64,000 nucleotides of DNA from Acidobacteriaceae bacterium (GCA_025355505.1 JANXZM010000009.1:45083-109082); one strand, 5' to 3'; shown: positions 28,650 through 38,409, numbered from the stretch's first letter. Notes: a model not told the origin generated them from the letters alone. Program-made: numbers and translations.

Positions 28650-30941
28650 CTAGCGGTGAAGATCAGGATCCTCCTGCGGCCGCACTTCCCACTCGCCTTC
28701 GGCCACGTATCCGCGCTTGTCGTAGGAATGCCCGGTGAGCAGACCGAGTACGAACCATCCCAGCACCACGGCGCCAATGGCGAAGATGGTGTCGCCGATC
28801 ATGCGCATCCAGCGCAGTTGGTTCATGCCGCCGGAGTGGAGAAATTCCGACGAGCGAGCGTACCAGGTGCCATATTCAACCGAGGCCCAGACCTGCATCA
28901 GGCCGATGGGAAGCGTACTGAGCAAGACCATGAGGGCGAGCCCGACGTTGAGGGACCAGAAGGAAAACCACAACGGGCCATTTTTCCACGCCATCCCGGG
29001 ACGCAGGGCGCGCAGGCAAAACAGCATCAAGCCCAGGCCCAGCATGCCATAGACACCGAACAGCGCTGTGTGTGCGTGCACGGCAGTCGTGTTCAAGCCT
29101 TGCATGTAGTAGAGCGCGATCGGTGGATTGATCAGAAATCCGAACAGTCCGGCGCCCACGAAATTCCAGAACGCTACTGCAACGAAGAAATAGATGGGCC
29201 ACTTGTAGGCGGCGACCCAGATGTGCTGTTGGCGAGAACGTGCAAGGCGGATGTTTTCCCATGCCTCGAAGCCAATCAGCACCAGAGGAACAACTTCCAG
29301 TGCGCTAAATACTGCGCCCAACCCGAGTACGATGTTCGGCGTTCCGGCGAAGTAAAGGTGATGGAAGGTACCGATGATTCCGCCGGAGAGAAACACGATC
29401 GTGGAGAACATGACGGCACGCGTCGCAGTGGGTACCGAGAGCAGCTTCAGGCGGGTAAGTAGAAAGGCGATTACCACAGTGGCAAAGACTTCAAAAAAAC
29501 CTTCTACCCACAGATGCACAACCCACCAGCGCCAGTACTCCGCCGTCACCAGGTTGCTACGTTGCCCGTACATCAGCCCGGCCGCGTAGAAGAGCGGGAT
29601 CGCAACACTCGAGAGCAAGAACATCAACAGCAGCGAGTAGCTCTCGTCTTTTTTCATGAGCGCCGGTTTCAGAGCGCGCCACATGAGCCACAACCAAAAA
29701 GTAAGCCCGCCAAACAGCAGAATCTGCCAGAACCGGCCCAAGTCCACGTACTCATACCCTTGTATACCGAACCAAAACCACAGGTTCCCAAGCTTGTGCT
29801 GAATACTCATCCACTCTCCAGCGAGTGAGCCGACAACCACAAAGATCAGCGCCCCAAACAGAACGTTGACCCCAAGTCTCTGGCCCTTCGGTTCCACTCC
29901 ACTCACCGCGGGAGCGACGTACAGCCCAGTCGCCAGCCATGAGGTTGCGATCCAGAAGAGCGCGAGCTGCAAGTGCCAGGTTCGCGTCACGCTGTAGGGA
30001 AGCCAGCGATCCAATGGGATCCCGTAAAAGCCGGACCCCTCCACGCCGTAATGCGCCGTGAGAGCGCCCAGCCCGACCTGGACGACCCACAACGCGGCCA
30101 CGACAAAGAAATATTTCACCGTGGCACGTTGCGAAGGAGTCGGCCTGAGGCCGAGCAACGGATCGTTTCCCGGGAGGAATTCTTCCGCGACCGTCCGGGG
30201 CTGCGAGGCAAAGTACCAGACCATGCCACCCACGCCAGCCAGCAGCAACACGAAGCTGACAACGCTCCACACGATGGCACCACCCGTCGGTTGATTTCCG
30301 ATCAGCGGTTCATGCGGCCAGTTCTGGGTATAGGTCACGTCGGTGCCCGGCCGGTTGGTCGAGGCGGCCCACGACGTCCACCAGAAGAATGCGCTCATTT
30401 GGCGGAGCTTATCGGGATCGCTGAGAGCATTGCGCTGGATCGCATACTCATCACGCCCGCGACTGAATACGTCCGAGTAATAACGATAGAGTTCCTCGAA
30501 CGCTTCGCCGCGGACCCGATCAATCGTGATCTGGCCAGTGACTGGATCATAGGTGTTGTGCCGCATGATTTGCTGGAGGCGGGCTTGCAGTGCAGCCCGC
30601 TGCTCGATACCCAAGGCAGCGTAATCGGCAGCGCCAATCTCTTTTGCCCAGTGGTCAAGGATGAACACACACTCGCGGTGCAGCCAATCCGCGCTCCAGT
30701 CGGGGGCAATATATGCGCCGTGTCCCCAAACCGTGCCCACCTCCTGGCCGCCGATCGACTGCCATGCTCCCTGTCCGTCCTGGATCGTGCCCCCGTCGAA
30801 CAATACGCGGCCATCGCTTGTGACCACTTGCGAGGGGATCGGCGGGGCGCTCTTTAGGACCTTGATTCCAACCCCACCAAGAACCGCGAAGGAAATCGCC
30901 AACACCAACCCTAAAGCAATCCACAGTTTTCTATAAGGCAT
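28650..30941 (-). CDS. norB: Quinol-dependent nitric oxide reductase (qNor, long NorB/NorZ type)
   Basis: 763-aa ORF. An N-terminal TM plus a periplasmic extension of about 200 aa are fused to a 12-TM haem-copper-oxidase-like core (GTFHHLYF, HAHTALFGVYG). Length and architecture are typical of qNor. Confidence 0.85.
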   Translation of the reverse strand: MPYRKLWIALGLVLAISFAVLGGVGIKVLKSAPPIPSQVVTSDGRVLFDGGTIQDGQGAWQSIGGQEVGTVWGHGAYIAPDWSADWLHRECVFILDHWAKEIGAADYAALGIEQRAALQARLQQIMRHNTYDPVTGQITIDRVRGEAFEELYRYYSDVFSRGRDEYAIQRNALSDPDKLRQMSAFFWWTSWAASTNRPGTDVTYTQNWPHEPLIGNQPTGGAIVWSVVSFVLLLAGVGGMVWYFASQPRTVAEEFLPGNDPLLGLRPTPSQRATVKYFFVVAALWVVQVGLGALTAHYGVEGSGFYGIPLDRWLPYSVTRTWHLQLALFWIATSWLATGLYVAPAVSGVEPKGQRLGVNVLFGALIFVVVGSLAGEWMSIQHKLGNLWFWFGIQGYEYVDLGRFWQILLFGGLTFWLWLMWRALKPALMKKDESYSLLLMFLLSSVAIPLFYAAGLMYGQRSNLVTAEYWRWWVVHLWVEGFFEVFATVVIAFLLTRLKLLSVPTATRAVMFSTIVFLSGGIIGTFHHLYFAGTPNIVLGLGAVFSALEVVPLVLIGFEAWENIRLARSRQQHIWVAAYKWPIYFFVAVAFWNFVGAGLFGFLINPPIALYYMQGLNTTAVHAHTALFGVYGMLGLGLMLFCLRALRPGMAWKNGPLWFSFWSLNVGLALMVLLSTLPIGLMQVWASVEYGTWYARSSEFLHSGGMNQLRWMRMIGDTIFAIGAVVLGWFVLGLLTGHSYDKRGYVAEGEWEVRPQEDPDLHR

Positions 30942-31350
30942 GGATGAGCGCCTTTCTTAATAAATCTCTATTGAATTGTCGGTTGATCTATTTCGTTTCG
31001 TCATATTTTACACCGGCGCGGAACGCGGGGGCTGCGTAAAGGTCGCGAATAAATTTACTGCAAAGAGTGTAGCGGCTGTCATTTCAGTAAACGTTCAAAC
31101 GTCGCCTTTGTAGTGCACCCCTGTAGAACTGGACACGGAAGTTAGTTAGGCTTGTAACCTTCGCCAGGAGGCGAGAATGTCGAGAGTCCAGACAACCCCG
31201 GAAGAGAAGTGGCAGATTGTGTTGAAAAGACCTAAAAAGCGGCAACGCGGCTGGGACCTGCCGCCCGTACACGCTTTGAACACACGGCGACCTTGCTCAA
31301 CGACGGCACCGTACTCGTGACGGGATAAGCCCAAAAAACTGGCGGAGCGT

Positions 31351-31575
31351 AAGAAGGGAAAGGTCTGGCAATTTCGATAAAGAGAAGTTCAAATAGACGG
31401 CACGATTCGTCGAAAAGAACATCGTCATCGGAACGCTCGAAGAGTTTCCCTACGGATCGGCAGCCCAGGCCACCGTAGATGCTCTCCGTTTGACGATCAA
31501 CAAGCAAAACCTCAAGAACATCCGTGTCGAAACGCTCGTCAAGCACTACCGGGAGCACGAGCTGCTGGATATTGT
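31351..31575 (+). pseudogene. Degraded N-terminal fragment of a tyrosine integrase abutting the 3' end of tRNA-Asp
   Basis: KKGKVWQFR-(TAA)-REVQIDGTIRRKEH, then a frameshift to IVIGTLEEFPYGSAAQATVDALRLTINKQN...VETLVKHYREHELLD. This is the characteristic N-terminal pattern of tRNA-targeting integrases. No catalytic domain follows. Confidence 0.5.
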
Positions 31576-31628
31576 TCACGACCGGAAACCGCAACCCGGT
31601 CCCAATTCCATGAAAGTGCTCAAAAAAA

Positions 31629-31705
31629 TGGCGGGGACGACGAGACTCGAACTCGCGACCTCTGCCGTGACAGGGCAGCGTTCTAACCAACTGAACTACG
31701 TCCCC
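31629..31705 (-). tRNA. tRNA-Asp (anticodon GTC), CCA encoded
   Basis: Reverse complement is GGGGACGTAGTTCAGTTGGTTAGAACGCTGCCCTGTCACGGCAGAGGTCGCGAGTTCGAGTCTCGTCGTCCCCGCCA. It folds as a cloverleaf with anticodon loop CTGTCAC. Confidence 0.95.
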
Positions 31706-32004
31706 ACTCGCCAAATCAGCGACTTGCCGGAAAACCTTGCGGGACAAGGCTCTTGCAAGCTTCGCATACAGCGCACCGTTTGAGGCTGGTGCTTGTCATG
31801 GCAGCTGTCCCTGCCAAAACGCCGATGGATAATCGGCGCGCTTGTGCGAAAAATGATTTTAGCATCGAACGTTCTTGAGTGCTACCTGCAGCTCATAGAA
31901 TCCACGGTCGGTCCGCCAAGCCAAGGACTCAGTAATCCAATTGCTCAATGTGCTGAACCAGCCCAGGCCCGAACCTGATGGTACGATAAGGGAAATCTCA
32001 ATGA

Positions 32005-32091
32005 GCGGGGCTGGCGGAACTGGCAGACGCGCTGGCCTTAGGAGCCAGTGGCCGCAAGGCCGTGCAGGTTCAAGTCCTGTGCCCCGCACCA
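32005..32091 (+). tRNA. tRNA-Leu (anticodon TAG), long variable arm, CCA encoded
   Basis: GCGGGGCTGGCGGAACTGGCAGACGCGCTGGCCTTAGGAGCCAGTGGCCGCAAGGCCGTGCAGGTTCAAGTCCTGTGCCCCGCACCA. The acceptor stem GCGGGGC pairs with GCCCCGC; the anticodon loop is CTTAGGA. Confidence 0.95.
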
Positions 32092-32096
32092 ACTTG

Positions 32097-32249
32097 CTAT
32101 TTAGACTTGTTCACTTTTTCCACCTTTTCCAGATAACGAACCATGCACTTGCCTGCCTCACGCAAATCTTTCACTTCTTGATTCCTATTCGTTCCAGCAT
32201 GACCCGCGGAATTTTTGAGTTTCATCTTTGCGCTATTCAGATTGGGCAT
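32097..32249 (-). CDS. Possible small basic protein (50 aa), function unknown
   Basis: C-terminal part of ORF 32097..32510: MPNLNSAKMKLKNSAGHAGTNRNQEVKDLREAGKCMVRYLEKVEKVNKSK. It sits in a locally AT-richer stretch next to tRNA-Leu. The upstream part of the ORF is Arg/Trp-rich shadow sequence. Confidence 0.3.
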   Translation of the reverse strand: MPNLNSAKMKLKNSAGHAGTNRNQEVKDLREAGKCMVRYLEKVEKVNKSK

Positions 32250-32352
32250 GGGCCAGATACTAGCTGGCTGGGCGCGGGCTGAGTCCGACGGTTGCCTGAT
32301 TCTCCCTACCATACGAAATTGGTGGCGGTTGTGGTGGCACTGGGCGCGGCAA

Positions 32353-32952
32353 TCAGATTTCTTTTCTTGCCCCCAACTCCGCCGTCGCCTTTTCCGCCAC
32401 CTCTTCGCGGTAATGCAATACGCGCAGCCCACCCGCCAGTTGTAAAAGTTCGCCGGGCTCAAGCAGGTGCGCGGGGTTCTTGGGCCCGCCCGCCAAGTTC
32501 GCTTGCGCAAGCGTGTGCGTCTTGTAGACGAGCACTCCGCCCGGTCGCAACGCGTTCATTATCTCCGAGAAAATCTCTTGCTCAAGATAGAAGAACGCCA
32601 TCACCACTTCGAACCCTAGTTCGAACTGGGTTTGCGAAGCCTTGAAGTGGGTGAGATCATCTACTACAAAGTGAATGTGGGACGCGAGCGGACCGGCATT
32701 CTGCCGTGCCTGTTCGACTCCGGTCTCGGAGATATCAATGAGCGTGACTTCCCAACCCTGTTTCGCCAGCCAGATCGCGTGCCGTCCGGCCCCTCCCGCG
32801 AGATCGAGTGCGCTTCCTCTATGCGGGAACAGCGGCAGAATGTATTCGCAAAACGCCCGTAGCAGGAAGGAATCGGGGGTTCCCCTCGCGTCGGGCGCTT
32901 CCCGATATTTCTGGTTCCAGCGCTCGCGTCCATTATCAGAAGAGAACGACAT
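32353..32952 (-). CDS. Class I SAM-dependent methyltransferase (TehB-like small-molecule MTase)
   Basis: ORF 32353..33297. Likely start is ATG at 32952 (MSFSSDNGRERWNQKY). SAM motif I is ALDLAGGAGRHAIWLAKQGWEVTLIDIS. Confidence 0.75.
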   Translation of the reverse strand: MSFSSDNGRERWNQKYREAPDARGTPDSFLLRAFCEYILPLFPHRGSALDLAGGAGRHAIWLAKQGWEVTLIDISETGVEQARQNAGPLASHIHFVVDDLTHFKASQTQFELGFEVVMAFFYLEQEIFSEIMNALRPGGVLVYKTHTLAQANLAGGPKNPAHLLEPGELLQLAGGLRVLHYREEVAEKATAELGARKEI

Positions 32953-33120
32953 GCTCTGCGATTTTAACCTCTGCGATTCTAACCCCGGTCGGCGAAGCGG
33001 GCGGTGGAGATGCTCCGAGTGACGCCTGTGTCGACTCGCCGCTCTGGGCACAACGGCGCTTCGCTTCCGCCTCGCACCGGCGGAGGCGATGACGGCCGTG
33101 GGCGCAACGGCGGCGACTCC

Positions 33121-33780
33121 ATGCCGGACTTTATTCCGGACTATATTCCGGACTATGGCGAGCGCCTGCGCCAAGCCCGGATGGGACTGGCCGTCGCCAT
33201 GACTCCCATCCTCATGCTCTTCATTTCTTTCACGGCGGTCTATCTCATCCGGCGCGGATTCCTGAGTCTCAATCTGAGCGGCATGGCTTACATCCAAACC
33301 TGGGCTCCGGTCCGATTGCCCTGGATGTTATTGTTGGCCAACACAGCCGTCCTTCTTGTCAGTAGCATTACGATCGACTTGGCCCGGCGCGGCATCACGC
33401 GAGAGACCGCGCTCGCCCCGGTTCAATCCATTCCGGGCGTTTCGCTGGGCGACGAGCGCCACTTCCCCTGGCTCGCCCTGACCACCGTTCTCGGCTTCGT
33501 GTTTCTTGCCGGGCAACTTTTTGTTTGGAGCAAGCTTTCCGCCGGAGGGTTTCACCTTGCTGGCGGCACGAGCGTGTCCTTCATTTACATCCTTACTGCC
33601 ATGCACGGCCTTCATCTGGCCGGCGGCGTACTCGCTCTTATGTGCGCGAATGTCGCGGCTATCCAGCATCGTCCGGTTGAAACCCGCCGCATCGTGGTCG
33701 ACGTCACGTCCTGGTACTGGCATTGCATGACGGGGCTGTGGGTTTACATCCTTGTGTTGTTCTCGCTCGCGGCACAGTGA
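33121..33780 (+). CDS. Haem-copper oxidase subunit III-like membrane protein (CoxIII/NorE-like), orphan
   Basis: ORF 33004..33780. Probable start is ATG at 33121 (MPDFIPDYIPDYGERLRQARMGLAV). Five TM helices with CoxIII-like motifs (FVFLAGQLFVWS, YILTAMHGLHLAGGV, WYWHCMTGLWVYIL). Confidence 0.7.
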   Translation: MPDFIPDYIPDYGERLRQARMGLAVAMTPILMLFISFTAVYLIRRGFLSLNLSGMAYIQTWAPVRLPWMLLLANTAVLLVSSITIDLARRGITRETALAPVQSIPGVSLGDERHFPWLALTTVLGFVFLAGQLFVWSKLSAGGFHLAGGTSVSFIYILTAMHGLHLAGGVLALMCANVAAIQHRPVETRRIVVDVTSWYWHCMTGLWVYILVLFSLAAQ

Positions 33781-33914
33781 GCCCACTCAATTTTTTCTCT
33801 AGTTACTCTGCTTGTGCTGAAATCAAGACACTGATTAACTTCGGTCGACGGTAAGACTTCCGAGGTAATGTCGAGGAGACCGCCAACAGAGAGATGCCTT
33901 AACAGCCAAAGCCT

Positions 33915-33947
33915 CTCTCGGCGATCTCTGCGTCTCGGCGGTGAAAG
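33915..33947. repeat. Solo copy of repeat family B (CTCGGCG..CTC.GCGTCTCGGCGGTG)
   Basis: ctctcggcgatctctgcgtctcggcggtgaaag matches both arms of the inverted pair at 59562-59783. Confidence 0.55.
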
Positions 33948-33949
33948 CC

Positions 33950-36900
33950 CTACGCACTCGCCCCGCAGCACTTCTTATATTTCTTCCCGCTTCCGCAAGG
34001 ACAAGGATCGTTGCGCCCTACCTTGTCCCCAGAGCGCACCACCTGCTGAACTTGCATGTCGCCAGCCCCGGCCATGCGCGCTTGTTCCAGTTCCTTCTTC
34101 TTCTTGCGCTGGAAGGCCTCCTCGATTTCGTCCACTGATGTGGCAACCTGACGCGGCCGCCGGCCGTTGCCGCCTCGACCGCCGGTAATGAGTGAAGACA
34201 CGCTGGCATCAGGCCCTTGGCCGGACAGATCGTTTGGGCTGTCTCCGCCGCCATCCAGCCTCGCTCCCGAGTCCGGCGGACGTTCCATAATCTGCATCAG
34301 GTACAGATACCGAACCGTCTCTTCCTGAAAGCGCTGCATCATTTCTTCGAACATGTCGAAGGACTCGCGCTTGTATTCGACCAGCGGATCGTGCTGGCCA
34401 TAGCCGCGCAGGTTGATGCCCTCTTTCAGGTGATCCATCGAGAGCAGGTGGTCTTTCCACTGCCCGTCGATCACGCTCAGCATGATCATCCGCTCGTGAT
34501 AGCGCATGGCCTCCGCGCCGATCAGCGCCTCTTTCGCGTCATAGTGCTCTTTGAGCTTGTCGAAGATGGCATCGCCCAGTTCCTGGCGGTTCATCTGCTC
34601 AGGCTTGATCCCTTCCGCGTAGATGTCAACGCCGAAGCGGGTAAAGATCGCGTCTTTCAGCGCTTTAAGGTCCCAGTCGTCTACGTGCTCCTTGGGTGGA
34701 CAGTGCCGCTCCACAATGTCGCCGAGAATCCCGGAGACGTAGTCTTCGATGATCAGATCTTTCTGGTCGAGACCTTCCAGCAAACGACGGCGCAGGCCAT
34801 ACACCGCTGTGCGCTGCTTGTTCATCACGTCGTCATACTCAAGCAAATGCTTGCGATACTCGAAGTTCTGGCCTTCGACGGCTTTCTGCGCGGCTTCGAT
34901 TCGGCGCGTGATCATGCGCGATTCGATCGGAACCCCTTCTTCCATGCCGAGGCGTTGCAGCAGGTTCGAAACCCACTCCTTGGCGAATATCCGCATCAGG
35001 TCATCTTCGAGCGAAAGATAGAACCGTGAGGAGCCGGGATCGCCCTGACGTCCGGCGCGCCCGCGAAGCTGATTGTCAATGCGCCGCGCTTCGTGGCGCT
35101 CGGTGCCGAAGATGTGCAACCCGCCGGCCGCAATCACGTCCTTATGTTCCTGGTCGGTGTCGGCTTTGTAGCGCCTAAAGGTCTCGTTCCACTGATCGGT
35201 CGGCACCGCGAACTCATTGCCGGCGTAATACCAAACCGTGCGATTGGGATCGTCCACCTCGGCTTCGATCTTGCCCTGCGCGGCGCGGATCGGCTGCGCG
35301 ATTCCCTTCTTCACGCATTCCTGCTTCGCCATGAATTCCGGGTTGCCGCCCAGCAAAATGTCGGTGCCACGGCCCGCCATATTGGTGGCGATGGTGACCA
35401 TGCCTTTGCGCCCGGCCTGCGCCACAATTTCCGCTTCGCGTTCGTGATACTTTGCGTTCAGCACGACGTGCTTGATTCCCTTCTTCTTCAGCAACTCAGA
35501 AAGCCGCTCGGACTTCTCAATCGACGTCGTACCCACCAGCACCGGCTGGCCGCTCTCGTGCAGCCTTTGGATTTCGTCGGAAGCCGCAAAATATTTTTCT
35601 TTCTCCGTGCGATACACAATATCCGGATTCTCTTTGCGCAGCAGCTCCCGATTGGTCGGAATCACAATTACTTCCAGCCTGTAAATCTTGTCGAATTCCG
35701 GCGCTTCGGTTTCCGCCGTACCCGTCATGCCCGCCAGCTTCTTGTACATGCGAAAATAATTCTGGAACGTGATGGTGGCGAGCGTCTGATTCTCCCGCTC
35801 GATCTTCACATTCTCCTTGGCTTCGATCGCCTGGTGCAGCCCGTCTGACCAGCGGCGCCCCGGCATCAGGCGCCCGGTGAATTCGTCCACGATCAGCACT
35901 TCGCCGTCTTTGACCACGTACTCAACGTCTTTCTTATAAAGCGCGTGCGCTTTCACCGCCGTCTCCACGTGATGCTTCAGCGCCCAGTTTTCCGGGTCGG
36001 CGACGTTGCCGATCCCCAGTAGTTTTTCGATCTTTTCCCAGCCGGCGTCGCTGACCGTGATGTTGCGGTGCTTTTCATCCACCACGTAGTCCCCGGTCAT
36101 GATCTTGGGCTCGCCCGGCTGCGTGTCCACTTCTTCGCCCTTTTCGAGCTTGGAGATAATGCGATTCACCTTGTAGTACTTGTCGGTGGACTCTTCGCTG
36201 GCGCCCGAAATGATGAGCGGCGTCCGGGCTTCGTCGATCAGGATGGAATCGACTTCGTCGACAATCGCAAAGTTGTGTACCCGCTGCACGCAATCGCGCA
36301 GGTCGAACTTCATGTTGTCGCGCAGGTAGTCGAAACCGAATTCGTTGTTGGTGCCGTAGGTCACGTCGGCCGCATAGGCGGCGCGGCGCTCTTCGTCGTC
36401 GAGGTCGTGGACAATCACCCCAACACTAAGCCCGAGAAAACCGTAGAGCCTGCCCATCCATTCGGAGTCGCGCTTGGCCAGATAATCATTGACCGTGACC
36501 ACATGCACGCCGCGTCCACTCAGCGCGTTCAAATACACCGGGAGCGTGGCAACCAGCGTTTTGCCCTCACCCGTTTTCATTTCGGCAATCGTGCCTTCGT
36601 GCAGCACCATGCCGCCAATCAACTGCACGTCGAAGTGCCGCATGTTGAGCACCCGCCATCCCGCTTCGCGGACAACGGCAAACGCTTCGTCAAGCAGTTC
36701 GTCAAGGACTCCCTTGAGCACCAGGCTGCGCTCCGCTTCGATTTCTTTCTGGCGGTCAGAATCCGCCTCCGGCTCGCCGGCGATCGAGCCGAGACGCTCC
36801 TGAATACGGGCGCGAAACTCCGCCGTCTTGCCTCGAAGTTCGTCGTCGGAGAGCTTCTGCATCTCCGGCTCGAGCGCGTTGATCGCCCCCACACGAGGCT

Positions 36901-36964
36901 GCAGGCGCTTGACCTCGCGCTCGTTCTGCGTCCCGAAAATCTTGCCCAGCAAAGTGTTAATCAA
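33950..36964 (-). CDS. secA: Preprotein translocase ATPase SecA
   Basis: 1004-aa ORF with canonical SecA motifs ([43 protein letters not shown]) and a C-terminal zinc finger ([14 protein letters not shown]). Confidence 0.97.
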   Translation of the reverse strand: MINTLLGKIFGTQNEREVKRLQPRVGAINALEPEMQKLSDDELRGKTAEFRARIQERLGSIAGEPEADSDRQKEIEAERSLVLKGVLDELLDEAFAVVREAGWRVLNMRHFDVQLIGGMVLHEGTIAEMKTGEGKTLVATLPVYLNALSGRGVHVVTVNDYLAKRDSEWMGRLYGFLGLSVGVIVHDLDDEERRAAYAADVTYGTNNEFGFDYLRDNMKFDLRDCVQRVHNFAIVDEVDSILIDEARTPLIISGASEESTDKYYKVNRIISKLEKGEEVDTQPGEPKIMTGDYVVDEKHRNITVSDAGWEKIEKLLGIGNVADPENWALKHHVETAVKAHALYKKDVEYVVKDGEVLIVDEFTGRLMPGRRWSDGLHQAIEAKENVKIERENQTLATITFQNYFRMYKKLAGMTGTAETEAPEFDKIYRLEVIVIPTNRELLRKENPDIVYRTEKEKYFAASDEIQRLHESGQPVLVGTTSIEKSERLSELLKKKGIKHVVLNAKYHEREAEIVAQAGRKGMVTIATNMAGRGTDILLGGNPEFMAKQECVKKGIAQPIRAAQGKIEAEVDDPNRTVWYYAGNEFAVPTDQWNETFRRYKADTDQEHKDVIAAGGLHIFGTERHEARRIDNQLRGRAGRQGDPGSSRFYLSLEDDLMRIFAKEWVSNLLQRLGMEEGVPIESRMITRRIEAAQKAVEGQNFEYRKHLLEYDDVMNKQRTAVYGLRRRLLEGLDQKDLIIEDYVSGILGDIVERHCPPKEHVDDWDLKALKDAIFTRFGVDIYAEGIKPEQMNRQELGDAIFDKLKEHYDAKEALIGAEAMRYHERMIMLSVIDGQWKDHLLSMDHLKEGINLRGYGQHDPLVEYKRESFDMFEEMMQRFQEETVRYLYLMQIMERPPDSGARLDGGGDSPNDLSGQGPDASVSSLITGGRGGNGRRPRQVATSVDEIEEAFQRKKKKELEQARMAGAGDMQVQQVVRSGDKVGRNDPCPCGSGKKYKKCCGASA

Positions 36965-37077
36965 AACGGAAATCCTTCGGAGGACACGCGTCCTAACTAT
37001 CAGTAAAAGCCTAGCACATTAGATGCGGGACGGATGGCGAAGGACGGTCAACACGAAATATGTCCGCAAGCACCCGG

Positions 37078-37500
37078 CTAAAGAAATGGGTTTTGGATGA
37101 CCAGATCGCCGAAGCAACGACCGTGTTGCATGTCCTCGCTGTAGAGAACCTTGCACCCGCCTTGAAGCGCCGCCGCTATGATGAGAGAGTCGCACCACGC
37201 CAGTTGATTTTCGCCATGCAAACGTAAGGCTTCGATCACAAGTGCTGGAGAAGAAGAAATGGCCATCATCGGGAATAGTGCGGTAAGCACGAACGACTCC
37301 AGGTCGGACCTGCCGATGGTAAGGCGAAATCCTCGCAAGGCGACATTTATGAACTCCTGAACGACTTGATAGCTGATAATCGCCTGCTTATCGGCGGCCC
37401 CGTCTGTTACCAGCCGCTGGGCAATCTTTGCTTTTTCAGGAAAGGATTGACCGAAGGCATAGACGATGATGTTTGTATCGAGAAACGACTTAACGTTCAT
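37078..37500 (-). CDS. vapC: PIN-domain toxin (VapC-like ribonuclease)
   Basis: 140-aa ORF. Begins FLDTNIIVYA (first acidic PIN residue), with later acidic residues (QVVQEFINV, WCDSLIIAAA, YSEDMQHG). It overlaps the upstream antitoxin gene by 11 nt. Confidence 0.8.
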   Translation of the reverse strand: MNVKSFLDTNIIVYAFGQSFPEKAKIAQRLVTDGAADKQAIISYQVVQEFINVALRGFRLTIGRSDLESFVLTALFPMMAISSSPALVIEALRLHGENQLAWCDSLIIAAALQGGCKVLYSEDMQHGRCFGDLVIQNPFL

Positions 37501-37708
37501 TCATCTCATCCCGCGTGAACTTTCGACCGGCATCGGCGTACTTGAGTTTTTCGAATAACGCTTCTATTTCTGCACGGCATACCCTGCGTGAGCCATACCA
37601 GTTCAGCCAATCGCGGAAGGCGTCATTTAACGTCTTGTGTTCGCTGCGAGCGACCTCGCGAGCCAGTTCAATTTTGATTTCGTCGGCGCTAAACGTGATG
37701 TTCTTCAT
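37490..37708 (-). CDS. RHH-type antitoxin paralog 1 (adjacent to the PIN toxin)
   Basis: MKNITFSADEIKIELAREVARSEHKTLNDAFRDWLNWYG...ADAGRKFTRDEMNER: a beta-strand plus two helices typical of ribbon-helix-helix antitoxins. Its start overlaps the upstream stop as ATGA. Confidence 0.7.
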   Translation of the reverse strand: MKNITFSADEIKIELAREVARSEHKTLNDAFRDWLNWYGSRRVCRAEIEALFEKLKYADAGRKFTRDEMNER

Positions 37709-37935
37709 TTGGCCCATCCTCGTTCGTTCCTCTCATCGCGCGAAAACTTGCGGCCCGCGTTTACATGACGGAGGCTGTTGTAAAGCTCCGTGACCTCCGC
37801 GGCGCTAACGCGACGGGATCCGTACGGAATGAGCCATTCCCGGAAAGCATCGATCAGGGGCCTGCGCTCGCTGCGAGCAACTTCGCGGGCGCGTTCAATG
37901 TCGGATTCGGCGGCACTAAAAGTGATGTTCTTCAT
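37705..37935 (-). CDS. RHH-type antitoxin paralog 2
   Basis: MKNITFSAAESDIERAREVARSERRPLIDAFREWLIPYG...VNAGRKFSRDERNER, clearly paralogous to 37490..37708. Start and upstream stop overlap by 1 nt (TGATG). Confidence 0.65.
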   Translation of the reverse strand: MKNITFSAAESDIERAREVARSERRPLIDAFREWLIPYGSRRVSAAEVTELYNSLRHVNAGRKFSRDERNERGWAK

Positions 37936-38147
37936 CAGGACCTATCGTCGCGCGTGAACTTTCGACCCGCATCCACGTAGCGGAGTTGATTCATTAACGC
38001 CCGATATTTCCGCTCCCGAATCCGGCCCGCGATCCCTTTCAGCCAGCCGCGGAAAAGTTCACGCAGCGTAGTGTTGTGACTCCGGGCTTCCTCTCTGGCA
38101 AGCTCGATGTCGGACTTGTCAGCATTAAAGGTAATGTTCTGTCGCAC
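37935..38147 (-). CDS. RHH-type antitoxin paralog 3
   Basis: ORF 37935..38177. Homology to the paralogs starts at GTG 38147: VRQNITFNADKSDIELAREEARSHNTTLRELFRGWLKG...VDAGRKFTRDDRS. Confidence 0.6.
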   Translation of the reverse strand: MRQNITFNADKSDIELAREEARSHNTTLRELFRGWLKGIAGRIRERKYRALMNQLRYVDAGRKFTRDDRS

Positions 38148-38154
38148 GATAATA

Positions 38155-38205
38155 GTGTACACGAAGCTCGTGTACAACGCTAGGTACAGTTCCTAGATAG
38201 CTAGG
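38155..38205 (-). promoter_or_regulatory. Candidate operator/promoter of the antitoxin-toxin operon
   Basis: Directly upstream of the first antitoxin. Holds the palindrome GTGTACAC (38155-62), GTGTACA (38170-76) and GGTACA (38183-88), plus the CTAGG...CCTAG inverted repeat (38180-96) and another CTAGG (38201-05). Confidence 0.25.
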
Positions 38206-38409
38206 CTGGACTGGTTCTGTAACGTATGGATTCGGTCGGGTGAGGTTTCCCCCTTGGGGGGCGGCGGGTGACGACTCAACATCGGGAGCGACGGTATGTG
38301 CGACGGAGAGGTCACGGATAGATGCACATGTCCCGACAAGGCCAAACCGTCGTTTTTAGGCTCTACACGCATGGGAGGGTAAAGGGTGGGCGCACGATAA
38401 ACCTTGCGA

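Noticed and set aside
30942-31100. AT-rich region upstream of qNor with ATCT(CT)ATT direct repeats and a TAAATTTA palindrome as an NsrR/NorR/DNR operator
   Set aside because: I could not match any established consensus (NorR GT-N7-AC triplets, the FNR/DNR box, the NsrR palindrome) with confidence. It is left as a probable promoter region only.
31176-31330. Short ORF MSRVQTTPEEKWQIVLK... as an IS3-type transposase N-terminus, followed by a Kelch-like ATLLNDGTVLVTG fragment in another frame
   Set aside because: The similarity is limited to about 10 residues in each case and the frames are scrambled. It is mentioned only as supporting context for island decay, not called as a feature.
31232-31747. 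171-aa minus-strand ORF
   Set aside because: It runs straight through tRNA-Asp and the integrase-remnant region, and it has no protein motifs.
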